A stretch of DNA of 64,000 nt, taken from IMG/VR virus record IMGVR_UViG_3300028654_000009; one strand, written 5' to 3'. The position numbers and the translations under genes are program-made. The DNA comes from a virus. Under the pieces are notes generated by a model that saw only the letters and a list, made by a program, of their open reading frames with translations, did no database searches and was not told the origin of the DNA. Below, one piece after another: positions 10,225 to 18,751 of the stretch (its first letter is position 1; every line of letters begins with the position of its first letter).

Positions 10225-10908
10225 TTACATGTGCTTCGCTTTGATATCCTCAGCCAGGTGTTTTACTCGTGAGAGGTACGGAGTCATCACGACCTTTTCG
10301 TCGCGAAGGTCCTCCAAGAACTTGAGAAAGCGGTTGCGCACGGTCTTCTTGAACGGCCACATCCAGTAGTAGTTCCCCGTGGTGAACTCAGAAGTCAGCC
10401 AGTCCAGGTAATAGTCCTGGTAGTTGGTATCAATGTCGTGTGCCCAAAAGGTGGCTGCCATGCTGACCTTGTATGCTTCGAATTCGATTATAGCACGGCC
10501 GAGGGCAGGGAGGGGAGCAAAGAAGACCAGGCCGAGCAATCCCCACAACGCACCGATTCCCACGAAGGGAATCAGGATAGGTGAGAACAGCGCCAGGATG
10601 GCCAAAATCTGCGGGAACAGGTACCAGGCGCTCATCAGGCCTGTGGAATACTTTTGAGACTGCAGGGCGTGGTAGCCCTCGTGCAGGATGACAGCGAAGT
10701 CGCCCGAGGTGGGAGACGCGTCTGTACAGGTCGGCTGAGCTGTCCAGCGACCGAGCGTGGTCCAGAACGAGTTCATGTAGCCTTTGTTGCCCAAACGCGC
10801 GAACAGCCAGCCGATAGCCCGGTGGAGCTTCGAAGCTGACTTCTGGGTTACCTCGTAGCTGGGGACGAACTCTTGAACCAGCTCGATGGCTTCCTCGACG
10901 CCAGTCAT
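10225..10908 (-). CDS. Membrane-associated zincin-like metallopeptidase
   Basis: ILHEGYH (HExxH), downstream EFEAY, hydrophobic hairpin between them. Confidence 0.65.
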   Translation of the reverse strand: MTGVEEAIELVQEFVPSYEVTQKSASKLHRAIGWLFARLGNKGYMNSFWTTLGRWTAQPTCTDASPTSGDFAVILHEGYHALQSQKYSTGLMSAWYLFPQILAILALFSPILIPFVGIGALWGLLGLVFFAPLPALGRAIIEFEAYKVSMAATFWAHDIDTNYQDYYLDWLTSEFTTGNYYWMWPFKKTVRNRFLKFLEDLRDEKVVMTPYLSRVKHLAEDIKAKHM

Positions 10909-11150
10909 TACTTCTTCCCCAGCAATGCGAGCTTGGCTCGGCGTGCTTGTTCTTCGGCTGCGTTCTTGATGCGGGTGGCATCATTAACGGCCACGTCGTA
11001 AGCCTTCTTGGCTTCAATCAGCTGAGCATCCACGGCCTTCTCGACGGCCTTGACTCCACCCTGCTTTGATAGCCAGTGTGCAAAGACAGAGTAAGCCAGC
11101 GACAGAACGGACAGAATCAGGGCCATGCAGCTAATCGTCAAAGCGTCCAT
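10908..11150 (-). CDS. Single-TM coiled-coil protein (spanin/holin-associated?)
   Basis: N-terminal TM plus coiled coil; translationally coupled on both sides. Confidence 0.5.
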   Translation of the reverse strand: MDALTISCMALILSVLSLAYSVFAHWLSKQGGVKAVEKAVDAQLIEAKKAYDVAVNDATRIKNAAEEQARRAKLALLGKK

Positions 11151-11389
11151 TACTTGGCCTCGGTCGAGTCGTTGACGGTTACGTCGGTGGCAACCAGCGT
11201 GGGAGCCTGGAAGGACGGGTGGCCGGACACAACGTTCCCAGCGCAGTAGATCCCGTAGAGCGCTGGGAGAGCCGTTGCGAGGGTCCCGTAAGCTGTGGCC
11301 GGCACGAAGATGGCAGCAGCGATCAGCACGCTTACGGCGATGATAAACCCGATGAACTTAGTTGAGCCTAGCTTGGGGATGAAATCCAT
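11150..11389 (-). CDS. Putative holin (2 TM)
   Basis: Likely start ATG 11389, 6 nt after AATCTT; 79 aa with two TM segments. Confidence 0.55.
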   Translation of the reverse strand: MDFIPKLGSTKFIGFIIAVSVLIAAAIFVPATAYGTLATALPALYGIYCAGNVVSGHPSFQAPTLVATDVTVNDSTEAK

Positions 11390-11395
11390 ATTCCC

Positions 11396-11401
11396 AAGAT
11401 T
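11396..11401 (-). promoter_or_regulatory. Late-promoter box AATCTT
   Basis: 6 nt before ATG 11389. Confidence 0.75.
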
Positions 11402-11630
11402 AGGAGGAGACCTTGACAGGTCCGGTGGAGGTTCCTGCTCCACTTACGGTAACGGCCGGATTGCAAATGAAATCTGGCTGGTACCACGGAGTGTACTTAT
11501 ACGGCACAGAGGAAGCGGGCAGCGGCTGGAAATAGAACGGGCTGCCCATCGCAGCCAACATGCTTCCAATCTCCTGCGGGGTTCCCTCGACCTCGATATC
11601 AATCCCCTGGACTTTGGTCTTCAGCTTCAT
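11400..11630 (-). CDS. Hypothetical protein
   Basis: ORF in tightly packed minus-strand run. Confidence 0.45.
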   Translation of the reverse strand: MKLKTKVQGIDIEVEGTPQEIGSMLAAMGSPFYFQPLPASSVPYKYTPWYQPDFICNPAVTVSGAGTSTGPVKVSS

Positions 11631-11796
11631 GCCTGGAAGATTCAGTCTTAGGGCGCATCAACTCGGCAATGCGGACCTTTGCTCGCTCAATCCTGCGGTC
11701 CATTTCCTCACGTGAACACCCACGTTCGAGGTCGCGCAGGAGACGTTCGGCGTCCTCCCCATACAGGGTCGGAGTCGCCACGATCGGGAGGCTCAT
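11599..11796 (-). CDS. Hypothetical protein
   Basis: PIVATPTLYGEDAERLL, a recurrent small phage protein pattern. Confidence 0.5.
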   Translation of the reverse strand: MSLPIVATPTLYGEDAERLLRDLERGCSREEMDRRIERAKVRIAELMRPKTESSRHEAEDQSPGD

Positions 11797-11943
11797 TGTT
11801 CGCTCTCTGCTTCCTTGCGGTCAGCCTGGCGGGCCCGGCGCTTCGCTGCGCGGCCTTCTAGGCGGTTCTTGCGGTGCGGGCCTAGATACCGCTTGCAGCC
11901 ACGACAATTGATATCGCAGTTCTTGCATTCAATCCGATATCTG

Positions 11944-12156
11944 TCAAACGTCGTCATCTTCCCAGCCCTCTCTGATAAAGTCCATTACCGAGGCATTGTA
12001 ATCGATGATGGTACGCTCAATCTCACGGACATCTTGCTGCCTGGCCGAGCGCTTCTCTCGGCGCCCGTTACGCCGGTCCTTGTGGTCGAAGCGGTCTTCG
12101 CGCCAGTCGTAAGTAGCCCGCTTGAGGCCAGCCCGGTAGGTATCAAACTGTGCCAT
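11944..12156 (-). CDS. Hypothetical basic protein
   Basis: Starts immediately after the stop of 12157-12534. Confidence 0.5.
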   Translation of the reverse strand: MAQFDTYRAGLKRATYDWREDRFDHKDRRNGRREKRSARQQDVREIERTIIDYNASVMDFIREGWEDDDV

Positions 12157-12534
12157 TTACTTGCTCCCATTCCACCCCAAGAAAAAAGAAAGAGCAGCCA
12201 CGATGGCAGCTCCGACAATGCTGTAAACCATTTTTTTGATATCTCGCTTTTGTTCTACCCTGTTCGCCTCTGCTTGTCGCAGGTTATGCAGGTCAGATTT
12301 GGCTTCCTGCCGGTATTGCTTCAGCTCCTCTACGTCGCGCTTCAACGTACCTAACTCTTCCTTGACCTCAGTAGTATCCTCTTTAATACTCGACACCGCG
12401 CTTTCAAGCCTAGCCATGGAGGGCGCCATCTCCATTAGAATTTCCTCCAGCCTCCACAAGCGGTCAGCGTGCTCGTTCGTCACTCTGCCCATTGGTGTAT
12501 CGTCGTTTACATAATGCGGAGCCGGCTTTGCCAT
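12157..12534 (-). CDS. Coiled-coil protein with C-terminal TM (XhlA/holin-like)
   Basis: ATG 12534 is 6 nt after AATCTT; long coiled coil and C-terminal hydrophobic helix. Confidence 0.6.
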   Translation of the reverse strand: MAKPAPHYVNDDTPMGRVTNEHADRLWRLEEILMEMAPSMARLESAVSSIKEDTTEVKEELGTLKRDVEELKQYRQEAKSDLHNLRQAEANRVEQKRDIKKMVYSIVGAAIVAALSFFLGWNGSK

Positions 12535-12540
12535 AGAAAC

Positions 12541-12554
12541 AAGATTACAATCTA
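12541..12554. promoter_or_regulatory. Divergent pair of late boxes (AATCTT minus, AATCTA plus)
   Basis: 6 nt before ATG 12534 and 5 nt before ATG 12560. Confidence 0.7.
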
Positions 12555-12559
12555 CAGTG

Positions 12560-13033
12560 ATGGCTCTTTCACAAAGCAAGCTACAACAAGGCCTCCTTCA
12601 GGCGTTTTCGTCTCCAGGTGGAGCTGTCGGCGGGGCCCGGGCGTTGGCTCAGGCTTACTCGAAGTATGCCTTAGATGCCAACAGTTGTGCGGCTGGCACT
12701 ATCCTGCCGGCGGTGTTGGTCCCCAAAACGGCCGGCCTGACCCAGTCTTTGATAGCAGCGTTCAGCTCGGGGCTGGCGCCGGCTACTCAGAATTTGATAG
12801 CAACGGCCTTGTCTTTGTTCTGGCTCGGAGTCCCCTTCACCGCAGCGATCCCGGGGGCGGTTACCGCAGCCATCCCGGGATCGCTTGCTATCGCGTTGCT
12901 TTCGATTTCTGGTGTTCCTAGCTCGTCTGTAGTGTCTTCGAAGCTTTGGGCCACAGCCCTCCACACCTGGACTACCACCTCCGTAATAGCTACTCACACC
13001 GGCATCGGAGCGTGCGTTAGCCCTATTTTCTAA
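12560..13033 (+). CDS. Probable baseplate/spike-associated structural protein
   Basis: Ala-rich 157 aa; variant late box AATCTA 5 nt upstream. Confidence 0.5.
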   Translation: MALSQSKLQQGLLQAFSSPGGAVGGARALAQAYSKYALDANSCAAGTILPAVLVPKTAGLTQSLIAAFSSGLAPATQNLIATALSLFWLGVPFTAAIPGAVTAAIPGSLAIALLSISGVPSSSVVSSKLWATALHTWTTTSVIATHTGIGACVSPIF

Positions 13034-13781
13034 GCTGGACTACCGTGCCGACGTCTTGGAAGACGTCCTCGAAATCCCTATACCAATCCCCGCAATACAC
13101 CAGAGCATTCGCCATGACTGCCGGACCTTCCACCGCACCCCGAAACTTGAGCCGGCCCTTGACGAAGCAGACCGACTGAGCCCTCTGGAACACAAGCTCC
13201 TGCCAGTGAGCCGTATCGGTGGCCACAGGAATCAGAGAGATGCTGTTGACGTGGTCTTTTTCGTACGAGACGATAGCCTTCTCGACCCAGTCGTAGATGG
13301 TGGTAGCCTTAAAGCGCTGGGCAGCAGCGGGGCTGATTGCAAGGCCTTTGACTGTCGTGAAAATATCATCCGGCTGACCCTTGTCGAGCCCTCGAAGGGC
13401 TGTCCAAAGCTTCTTGGCGTCAGAGAACTCCTTTTGAGAGTACACATGCAGCCTGTCGTCGCTGAGGTAGGTGCGGCCGTAAGGCGGATTGCTAAAGGCG
13501 TTGGTGTTATGGTCCTCGGTGACATCCCAGCTGTCCTCAAGACCGTTGTTCTTGGGGAGCATGAACTCCACCGTAGCCTTGACGATGGAGTTAGGTCCCG
13601 AGCATGGGTCGAGGTCAATTGTCCCATGGAAGAACTTCCGCACGGGCTTCAGAATCTGCTCAGGCGTGCCCCAATGCATGGACGCGCCCACATCGATATG
13701 ATCGCTACTCAAACTTTCCTCCTTTGATGTCTTCAAGACGTTGTGAGATTCGACGAAGAGCTTCGGTAGGTCCCCTTTCAA
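13023..13781 (-). CDS. Phage DNA N6-adenine methyltransferase
   Basis: WGTP, IDLDPC, NPPY, LIPVATDTAHWQ, GRLKF motifs. Confidence 0.9.
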   Translation of the reverse strand: MKGDLPKLFVESHNVLKTSKEESLSSDHIDVGASMHWGTPEQILKPVRKFFHGTIDLDPCSGPNSIVKATVEFMLPKNNGLEDSWDVTEDHNTNAFSNPPYGRTYLSDDRLHVYSQKEFSDAKKLWTALRGLDKGQPDDIFTTVKGLAISPAAAQRFKATTIYDWVEKAIVSYEKDHVNSISLIPVATDTAHWQELVFQRAQSVCFVKGRLKFRGAVEGPAVMANALVYCGDWYRDFEDVFQDVGTVVQLRK

Positions 13782-13947
13782 GTAGAGTTTGCACGGCCCA
13801 GTCGCCGAACTCGATCATGGCGCGCGTGGCACTTTCGCGGTGCTCACAGCAACGCTCGGAATGCCCGAACTTATCGTCACCAGCCCCGACGTAGCATTGA
13901 AGCCGGTCCAAGCATTCCTCATGCGCAAGCTTACGTGGCGTCTTCAC
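13705..13947 (-). CDS. Hypothetical protein
   Basis: Coupled ORF in early run. Confidence 0.45.
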   Translation of the reverse strand: MKTPRKLAHEECLDRLQCYVGAGDDKFGHSERCCEHRESATRAMIEFGDWAVQTLLERGPTEALRRISQRLEDIKGGKFE

Positions 13948-14330
13948 TTGCTTCCCTCATCCATCCGCAACAGCGCCCGAACAGTCCGGAGGTCGTCCAG
14001 GGTGACGCCCCTGGGGAAGCTATACCGGCAGCGGTCATAGTCCTTGCGGAAGCGTGACCATTCCTCGATCATCTCCTGCTCGGCTGCGTAAGCCTCCCGT
14101 GAGGGGTAGCCTCGTCCGTCGATTGGGTTGCCTTCTTTGCTGCTGAGGTTATCCATGCGGAGATTCCACTGCAACGGCCGGCCCACGAAGTCTGCCTTTT
14201 CCGCCTCTTCCACCGTCATGTAAATGCGACCCACCGCAACCACCCGCACGTCGAAGATGGACACCTCGCGCCAGCGGTGGGTGCGGACCACAATCAGCTT
14301 GTCGCCAACCGAATACTTTGCCTTGGACAT
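13944..14330 (-). CDS. Hypothetical protein (N-terminal SH3/KOW-like beta barrel)
   Basis: SD AAGGAG; TTGACG promoter at 14371-14376. Confidence 0.6.
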   Translation of the reverse strand: MSKAKYSVGDKLIVVRTHRWREVSIFDVRVVAVGRIYMTVEEAEKADFVGRPLQWNLRMDNLSSKEGNPIDGRGYPSREAYAAEQEMIEEWSRFRKDYDRCRYSFPRGVTLDDLRTVRALLRMDEGSK

Positions 14331-14381
14331 GTCAAACTCCTTAATGTGAAGATACCACAGCTCTGCGGGCCGTCAAGGCCG

Positions 14382-14387
14382 AATCTT
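14382..14387 (+). promoter_or_regulatory. Late-promoter box AATCTT
   Basis: 6 nt before ATG 14394. Confidence 0.75.
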
Positions 14388-14393
14388 GGGAAA

Positions 14394-15308
14394 ATGGAAG
14401 TCATCCCGTCTTTTCACCAAACCCGCAAGGTGGGGGCCCACGAGGCCAACAACCGTGGCTTCGATAACACAATGCTCCGGGCGGGCGAGGTCAAGGCTAT
14501 CATTTATCCGGAAGACACCAACTCCAGGTCGAAAAAGTGGATTGAATACGACGTGTTAGTCTCTCACCGCGAGAACGGGACCAGCGTCACCAAGCTCTAT
14601 CATAATTGTATTCTAGCTAACGATTTGCAGGGCCTGGCAGACAGCTCGTTCAGGACACTGCGCGTAGACGTGCCTCCTCCAGGAAGCATCACAGACAGTT
14701 TCTCCCAGCTTAAGCCCGGGGACGGGTCGAGAGTTCTGCTCCTTTGCATCAACGGCGACACAGCTAACGCGGTGATTATTTCGGGGTTGCGGAACAGCTC
14801 GGAGGACGACCTGGGGGTCAAGGACCTGGGCCACCACCTGGACTATGAATTCAACGGCGTGCACCTGAGCATCCAGGATGACGGTAGCTTCTCGATTACG
14901 AAGAATGGGCCCACCACCCCTGCCGGCGATTTCGATAGCGCCAGGGGCACGGCAGAGGCCAATGGCACAGTTGTAGAGGTAGACGTAGACGGCTCTTTCC
15001 GGGTCTCGACCAAGGACAACGCCCAGTCGGTAGTCATCGACAACAAGGCCGGCACGATTACGGTATCGGGGGACCAGGACCTGACGCTTAACGCCGACAC
15101 GATTCACATCGGGACCAAGGCTACAGAGGCGGCCGTGCTGGGCAACACTCTAGTGTCGCTGCTAAGCAGCATGGTGGACGCGATTACTGCCATCACCCAT
15201 ATCTGCCCGGTGGGCACCTCGGGGCCGCCAGTGAACACGCCGGCTTTTAAGGCTTTACAGGCCCAGCTTCAGACGGCTCTGTCGTCGTTCGTGACCGTGG
15301 GAAAGTAA
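14394..15308 (+). CDS. Baseplate central spike protein (gpV/gp138-like)
   Basis: OB-fold-like N-terminus, beta-helical strands, AVLGNTL...THICPVGTSGPPVN apex motif; ATG 6 nt after AATCTT. Confidence 0.8.
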   Translation: MEVIPSFHQTRKVGAHEANNRGFDNTMLRAGEVKAIIYPEDTNSRSKKWIEYDVLVSHRENGTSVTKLYHNCILANDLQGLADSSFRTLRVDVPPPGSITDSFSQLKPGDGSRVLLLCINGDTANAVIISGLRNSSEDDLGVKDLGHHLDYEFNGVHLSIQDDGSFSITKNGPTTPAGDFDSARGTAEANGTVVEVDVDGSFRVSTKDNAQSVVIDNKAGTITVSGDQDLTLNADTIHIGTKATEAAVLGNTLVSLLSSMVDAITAITHICPVGTSGPPVNTPAFKALQAQLQTALSSFVTVGK

Positions 15309-15537
15309 CCGCCCACGCCTTTTGGAGATTCTCATTCGCTTCCAGAAGCGCCGCGTAAGCCGCATCGACTTTGTTGTCTGCGTTATGCAGTAACTGCCAT
15401 CGCCGGTCTCGGTCTATGTGCCTAGTGAACCGAATATCGTCTCTCTCATTGCAGGCAATGATGAGGTCATCGAGCTTTTCGGACTGGGCCTGCTCTAGGT
15501 CTTCCAGATGTTCCATCTCCGCTTCTGTTATCGGCAT
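15247..15537 (-). CDS. Hypothetical helical protein
   Basis: Coupled early ORF. Confidence 0.5.
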   Translation of the reverse strand: MPITEAEMEHLEDLEQAQSEKLDDLIIACNERDDIRFTRHIDRDRRWQLLHNADNKVDAAYAALLEANENLQKAWAVTFPRSRTTTEPSEAGPVKP

Positions 15538-15833
15538 CAGACTCGCTTCCCCTGTTCTTGGGCCCGGTCACTTGCCTCTGCAAAAGCGGCGTAGGCCTGG
15601 CCGCGCAAGCGCACCGCTTCCTTGAAGTCTTCCGTCGCTCGGTCGAAACTGTCCAGCGGGAAAACCCTGCCGTAGCCATAGATAGAAGAGTGTATGGCGT
15701 GGATCAGGGCAGTCGAACGTTCCAGGCAAACTCGGTCAGCTTCGTTAAACGCTTCCGAGGCTTCGTAAAGCGCCTCGGTGTCCCTGGTGAGGTCAGAGCC
15801 GGGCTTGTTGTTGGGAGTCACCGTGTCACTCAT
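15537..15833 (-). CDS. Hypothetical helical protein
   Basis: Start MSDTVTP with GGAG SD. Confidence 0.5.
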   Translation of the reverse strand: MSDTVTPNNKPGSDLTRDTEALYEASEAFNEADRVCLERSTALIHAIHSSIYGYGRVFPLDSFDRATEDFKEAVRLRGQAYAAFAEASDRAQEQGKRV

Positions 15834-16116
15834 CTTTCGTCTCCACTTCGTCAGAAGGATACGCGCACTCGATTCGGTCGCAGCACTCGGCGCACTCCAT
15901 GTGCATGTCTTCCCAGTTGGCATCGCATCCTACGACGCGGTACATCTGGCCGTCCCTGTCACGGGTGGCCCGGCCAATGCGCAGGACCTCGACCTTGACG
16001 CAGTCCGGGCAAAGAGTCTCGCCGGTCCCCATCAGGAAGAACAGCGGATAGCTCCCGATGGGGGTGAACTTCCCCATACGCAGGTCTCGAATCAGGTGGT
16101 GGTAGGTGTAGGTCAT
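15826..16116 (-). CDS. Zinc-binding hypothetical protein
   Basis: CPDC...CAECC. Confidence 0.6.
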   Translation of the reverse strand: MTYTYHHLIRDLRMGKFTPIGSYPLFFLMGTGETLCPDCVKVEVLRIGRATRDRDGQMYRVVGCDANWEDMHMECAECCDRIECAYPSDEVETKDE

Positions 16117-16403
16117 GATTGGTCGCCCTTCAGGAAGTTCTGGTAGGTCGTCTCGGCGGCGTCGCGGGCGCAGAGGAACTTGACGACACTGTCGTACTTC
16201 GCGTTCAGAGCGCTGATCCCTTTGGGGCCGACGTAGTCCTGCTTGTTCACGCCGGCCAGAGCCTGATTCAGCTCTACGACCGCAAGCTGGTAGCGCTCGT
16301 CAGCCTCGAACCAGATATCCGCCAAGAGCTGGCGCTCCTGGTAGAAGTCTTCCTCCCCCAGAAGTCGGGTTGTTTTCGATGCCCAGCTGTCCGATTGGCT
16401 CAT
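16113..16403 (-). CDS. Hypothetical protein, first gene of early cassette
   Basis: Directly after repeated promoter/leader cassette with AGGAG. Confidence 0.65.
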   Translation of the reverse strand: MSQSDSWASKTTRLLGEEDFYQERQLLADIWFEADERYQLAVVELNQALAGVNKQDYVGPKGISALNAKYDSVVKFLCARDAAETTYQNFLKGDQS

Positions 16404-16472
16404 GGGATTCTCCTAGAAAGGGTTTTCGTCGGGACAAGAATTACTCTATGATACTCCACCGGAGTCGTCAAG
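16401..16472 (-). promoter_or_regulatory. Repeated early promoter/leader cassette, copy 1
   Basis: TTGACG-17nt-TAGAGT-AATTCTTGTCCCGACGAAAACCC...AGGAG. Confidence 0.8.
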
Positions 16473-16649
16473 CTGAATTTTAAGAATAATGAGAGCTTCC
16501 TCTTCTACCGCAACGCGCAGCATGGGCGTCTCAACGTCGAGCATGGCAGTTACGGCCATTTTTACCGCCGTTTCTGGTTGGGTCCCACGTCGCCTGACGT
16601 AAAACGCGGCCAGCCGGAACACGGCGTCTACCAGGTCGTGGAAGGTCAT
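16446..16649 (-). CDS. Hypothetical protein
   Basis: ATGA-coupled ORF. Confidence 0.5.
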   Translation of the reverse strand: MTFHDLVDAVFRLAAFYVRRRGTQPETAVKMAVTAMLDVETPMLRVAVEEEALIILKIQLDDSGGVS

Positions 16650-16915
16650 GACCCCATCTGGCTTCCAGCCGACCAGTCAGCGTCCGATCGGGCCTTATCG
16701 GCCTCCTTCTGGAGGGCGTTTATCCAGTCGCGGGCCTGGTTCAGCTGGCCACGCAGACGTTTAATTTCGGCGTCACGATTGATGATGATCTCCCGGGCCA
16801 GTCTCAGAGATTGCTCTAGCTCGTCAAGCTGATTGCCCAGGCTTAAAATTTCCGCTTCCGGGTCGCCATCCCCAAGGCCAACGTTGGTCCAATCTGGGCC
16901 TGCTGGGCACATCAC
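16646..16915 (-). CDS. Hypothetical coiled-coil protein
   Basis: Coupled ORF. Confidence 0.5.
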   Translation of the reverse strand: MMCPAGPDWTNVGLGDGDPEAEILSLGNQLDELEQSLRLAREIIINRDAEIKRLRGQLNQARDWINALQKEADKARSDADWSAGSQMGS

Positions 16916-17199
16916 ACACCAACCTTCGCGGCTTCAATGACACCAGCCGAAATGACGTCCTGGGCCACCGAAGCGACCTCCTGGACGTAGTCGAACCAGC
17001 CCTCCACACGGTCGGAGTCTGCACCCCGCAAACACGACGTCAGCAGCTGCTCGTTGGTGAAGTCGCCGGCAACCAGCTGGGTCAGGTCGAGGTCCGGGTC
17101 GATGCCCACCTCGTCGATATTCGCCTGCGCAAGCTCGGTGAAGCGCCAGGGGCGGTGGGAGGGAGGGGTGAACACGAAAGCCATATTGGAAGCGGTCAT
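16912..17199 (-). CDS. Hypothetical acidic protein
   Basis: SD AGGAG. Confidence 0.6.
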   Translation of the reverse strand: MTASNMAFVFTPPSHRPWRFTELAQANIDEVGIDPDLDLTQLVAGDFTNEQLLTSCLRGADSDRVEGWFDYVQEVASVAQDVISAGVIEAAKVGV

Positions 17200-17219
17200 G
17201 GTGTCTCCTGTGAAAGGGG

Positions 17220-17414
17220 TTAGTAAATCGCCAAATCTTTCGGAATCCGATTATCATAGTTCGAGTTCCAGCAGGGCCCGCAGAAGCCATTGCGGTAATT
17301 CGTTGGCGTGTCGCACAGGCGACACTTGCCGTTGTCGCGCCGGTCGGGGAAACGAGCCTCCAGGTCCTTCTGGCGCTGCGACTTGGAGAGCGAAGTAGAC
17401 GATTTGTTCTTCAT
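17220..17414 (-). CDS. Small zinc-finger protein
   Basis: CRLC...CGPC. Confidence 0.55.
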   Translation of the reverse strand: MKNKSSTSLSKSQRQKDLEARFPDRRDNGKCRLCDTPTNYRNGFCGPCWNSNYDNRIPKDLAIY

Positions 17415-17421
17415 TGGTTGG

Positions 17422-17601
17422 CTACCGGTTGACGGACCGCGAGAGCCGCTCCGACGGGGTCTCAGCGGCGGACTTTTCGATCTGCTCTCGGATTGCGGGG
17501 ATAGACTTGAGCACCGCCCGAGCGATGATGAGCCAGAAAAGCGCGACGCAGAAGAAAAAACACGCGAAGAGGGACAAAAGAATGATAATCACGGTTGCCA
17601 T
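17422..17601 (-). CDS. 59-aa membrane protein (below ORF-track cutoff)
   Basis: MATVIIILLSLFACFFFCVALFWLIIAR...; follows promoter cassette with AGGAG. Confidence 0.6.
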   Translation of the reverse strand: MATVIIILLSLFACFFFCVALFWLIIARAVLKSIPAIREQIEKSAAETPSERLSRSVNR

Positions 17602-17668
17602 GGGATTCTCCTAGAGAGGTTTTCGTCGGGACAAGAATTACTCTACCAGGGTTTTGAGAGTCGTCAAG
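17599..17668 (-). promoter_or_regulatory. Repeated early promoter/leader cassette, copy 2
   Basis: TTGACG-16nt-TAGAGT-AATTCTTGTCCCGACGAAAACC...AGGAG. Confidence 0.8.
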
Positions 17669-17673
17669 AACTT

Positions 17674-18144
17674 TCAACCGAATTTCTTCTGATTCCGGCG
17701 GTGGCGGGCAAGGTGCCCCTTCTCCAGCTTGAGGAACTTTTTGGCCTCCTCGGGGGTCCTCAGGACTTGTGACGCAAAAGGCGAAAGCTCGTGAACCTTC
17801 TTGGCGCAGGCCTCGCCCAGCGAGAACCAGCCCTTCGGAAGCTCCTTCTCGGGGTCGAACCCGTAGAGAACCAGGCCCTCGGCGGTGTAGTCCGCCACGT
17901 GGGCGAACGCCTCCAGCTCTTCGTCCGTGATCCCGGCCGCATGAGCCTTGGGGCGGTCCATCATGAACAGGTCCATAAGCGTCATGCTGCTGGCCACCGG
18001 CGTTCCTACATACTGGGCGGGGAGAAACCACTCGTTGGCAATGATATTCTCCCAGTACGCGATATACCGGAGGTCGTTGGCGATCTCCTTGTCGTAGTCG
18101 ATTTTGTGGGACCAGGGGTTCTTCTTGCTGAATGAGTAGCTCAT
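17674..18144 (-). CDS. Hypothetical protein (near-leaderless early gene)
   Basis: ATG 7 nt after TAGAGT -10 box. Confidence 0.6.
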   Translation of the reverse strand: MSYSFSKKNPWSHKIDYDKEIANDLRYIAYWENIIANEWFLPAQYVGTPVASSMTLMDLFMMDRPKAHAAGITDEELEAFAHVADYTAEGLVLYGFDPEKELPKGWFSLGEACAKKVHELSPFASQVLRTPEEAKKFLKLEKGHLARHRRNQKKFG

Positions 18145-18184
18145 GTCAATCACTCTACCAGACTATCAAAAGGTGTCAAGGAAC

Positions 18185-18190
18185 AATCTT
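18185..18190 (+). promoter_or_regulatory. Late-promoter box AATCTT
   Basis: 5 nt before ATG 18196. Confidence 0.75.
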
Positions 18191-18195
18191 AGGGT

Positions 18196-18636
18196 ATGCG
18201 TTTTCAGCCTGACGGATACTCTTGCGGCCCCGTGGCAGCAATGAACGTTATCCAGGCAATGACAGGGCGAAGACCCCACCGGGCGACCTTCCTGAAAGAC
18301 TCGGGGACCTCCAAAACCAACGGGACAACCCACTTCGGGCTCCAGCAAGCTATCGAGCGGGCCGGGTTCAAGCCGGTGGAGATCGCAGGGGCGTTTGATA
18401 CCGCTTACGAAACGCTCCAGGACTGCTTGGCGAAGGGCTGGGGAGCCGTTTTGCTGACCGAGCGAGGGAACCACTGGATAGCGGCTGTGGGTCGCCTGGG
18501 AGAGCGCGTAGCGGTGTTTGACAGCTTCCCCCACAGCGGCCACCCGGGCGTCCATGTGTATTCCAGGGCCCAGCTCCGAAGAGTCTGGACTCCCTGCGGC
18601 CCGGGTGGCCGCTACGCTATTGCCGTTACGCGCTAA
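18196..18636 (+). CDS. Peptidase C39-like cysteine protease
   Basis: QPDGYSCG, NHW, FDS (Gln/Cys/His/Asp); AATCTT box 5 nt upstream. Confidence 0.8.
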   Translation: MRFQPDGYSCGPVAAMNVIQAMTGRRPHRATFLKDSGTSKTNGTTHFGLQQAIERAGFKPVEIAGAFDTAYETLQDCLAKGWGAVLLTERGNHWIAAVGRLGERVAVFDSFPHSGHPGVHVYSRAQLRRVWTPCGPGGRYAIAVTR

Positions 18637-18751
18637 TCGCCGTCCTCGTCGTCGCCTGGGTCCCATTCAATCATCGCCACCGTAACCAACATTGCGATTG
18701 CCCCGCAAACCACTCCGATAGCGAACAAGACGGTACCAGCCAAGGGGTCCA

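Noticed and set aside
14277-14393. N-terminal extensions in the ORF track (also 11390-11443, 12535-12579, 51027-51296, 58779-58904, 61140-61268)
   Set aside because: They overlap neighbouring genes or promoters. Downstream starts fit promoter spacing or translational coupling better.
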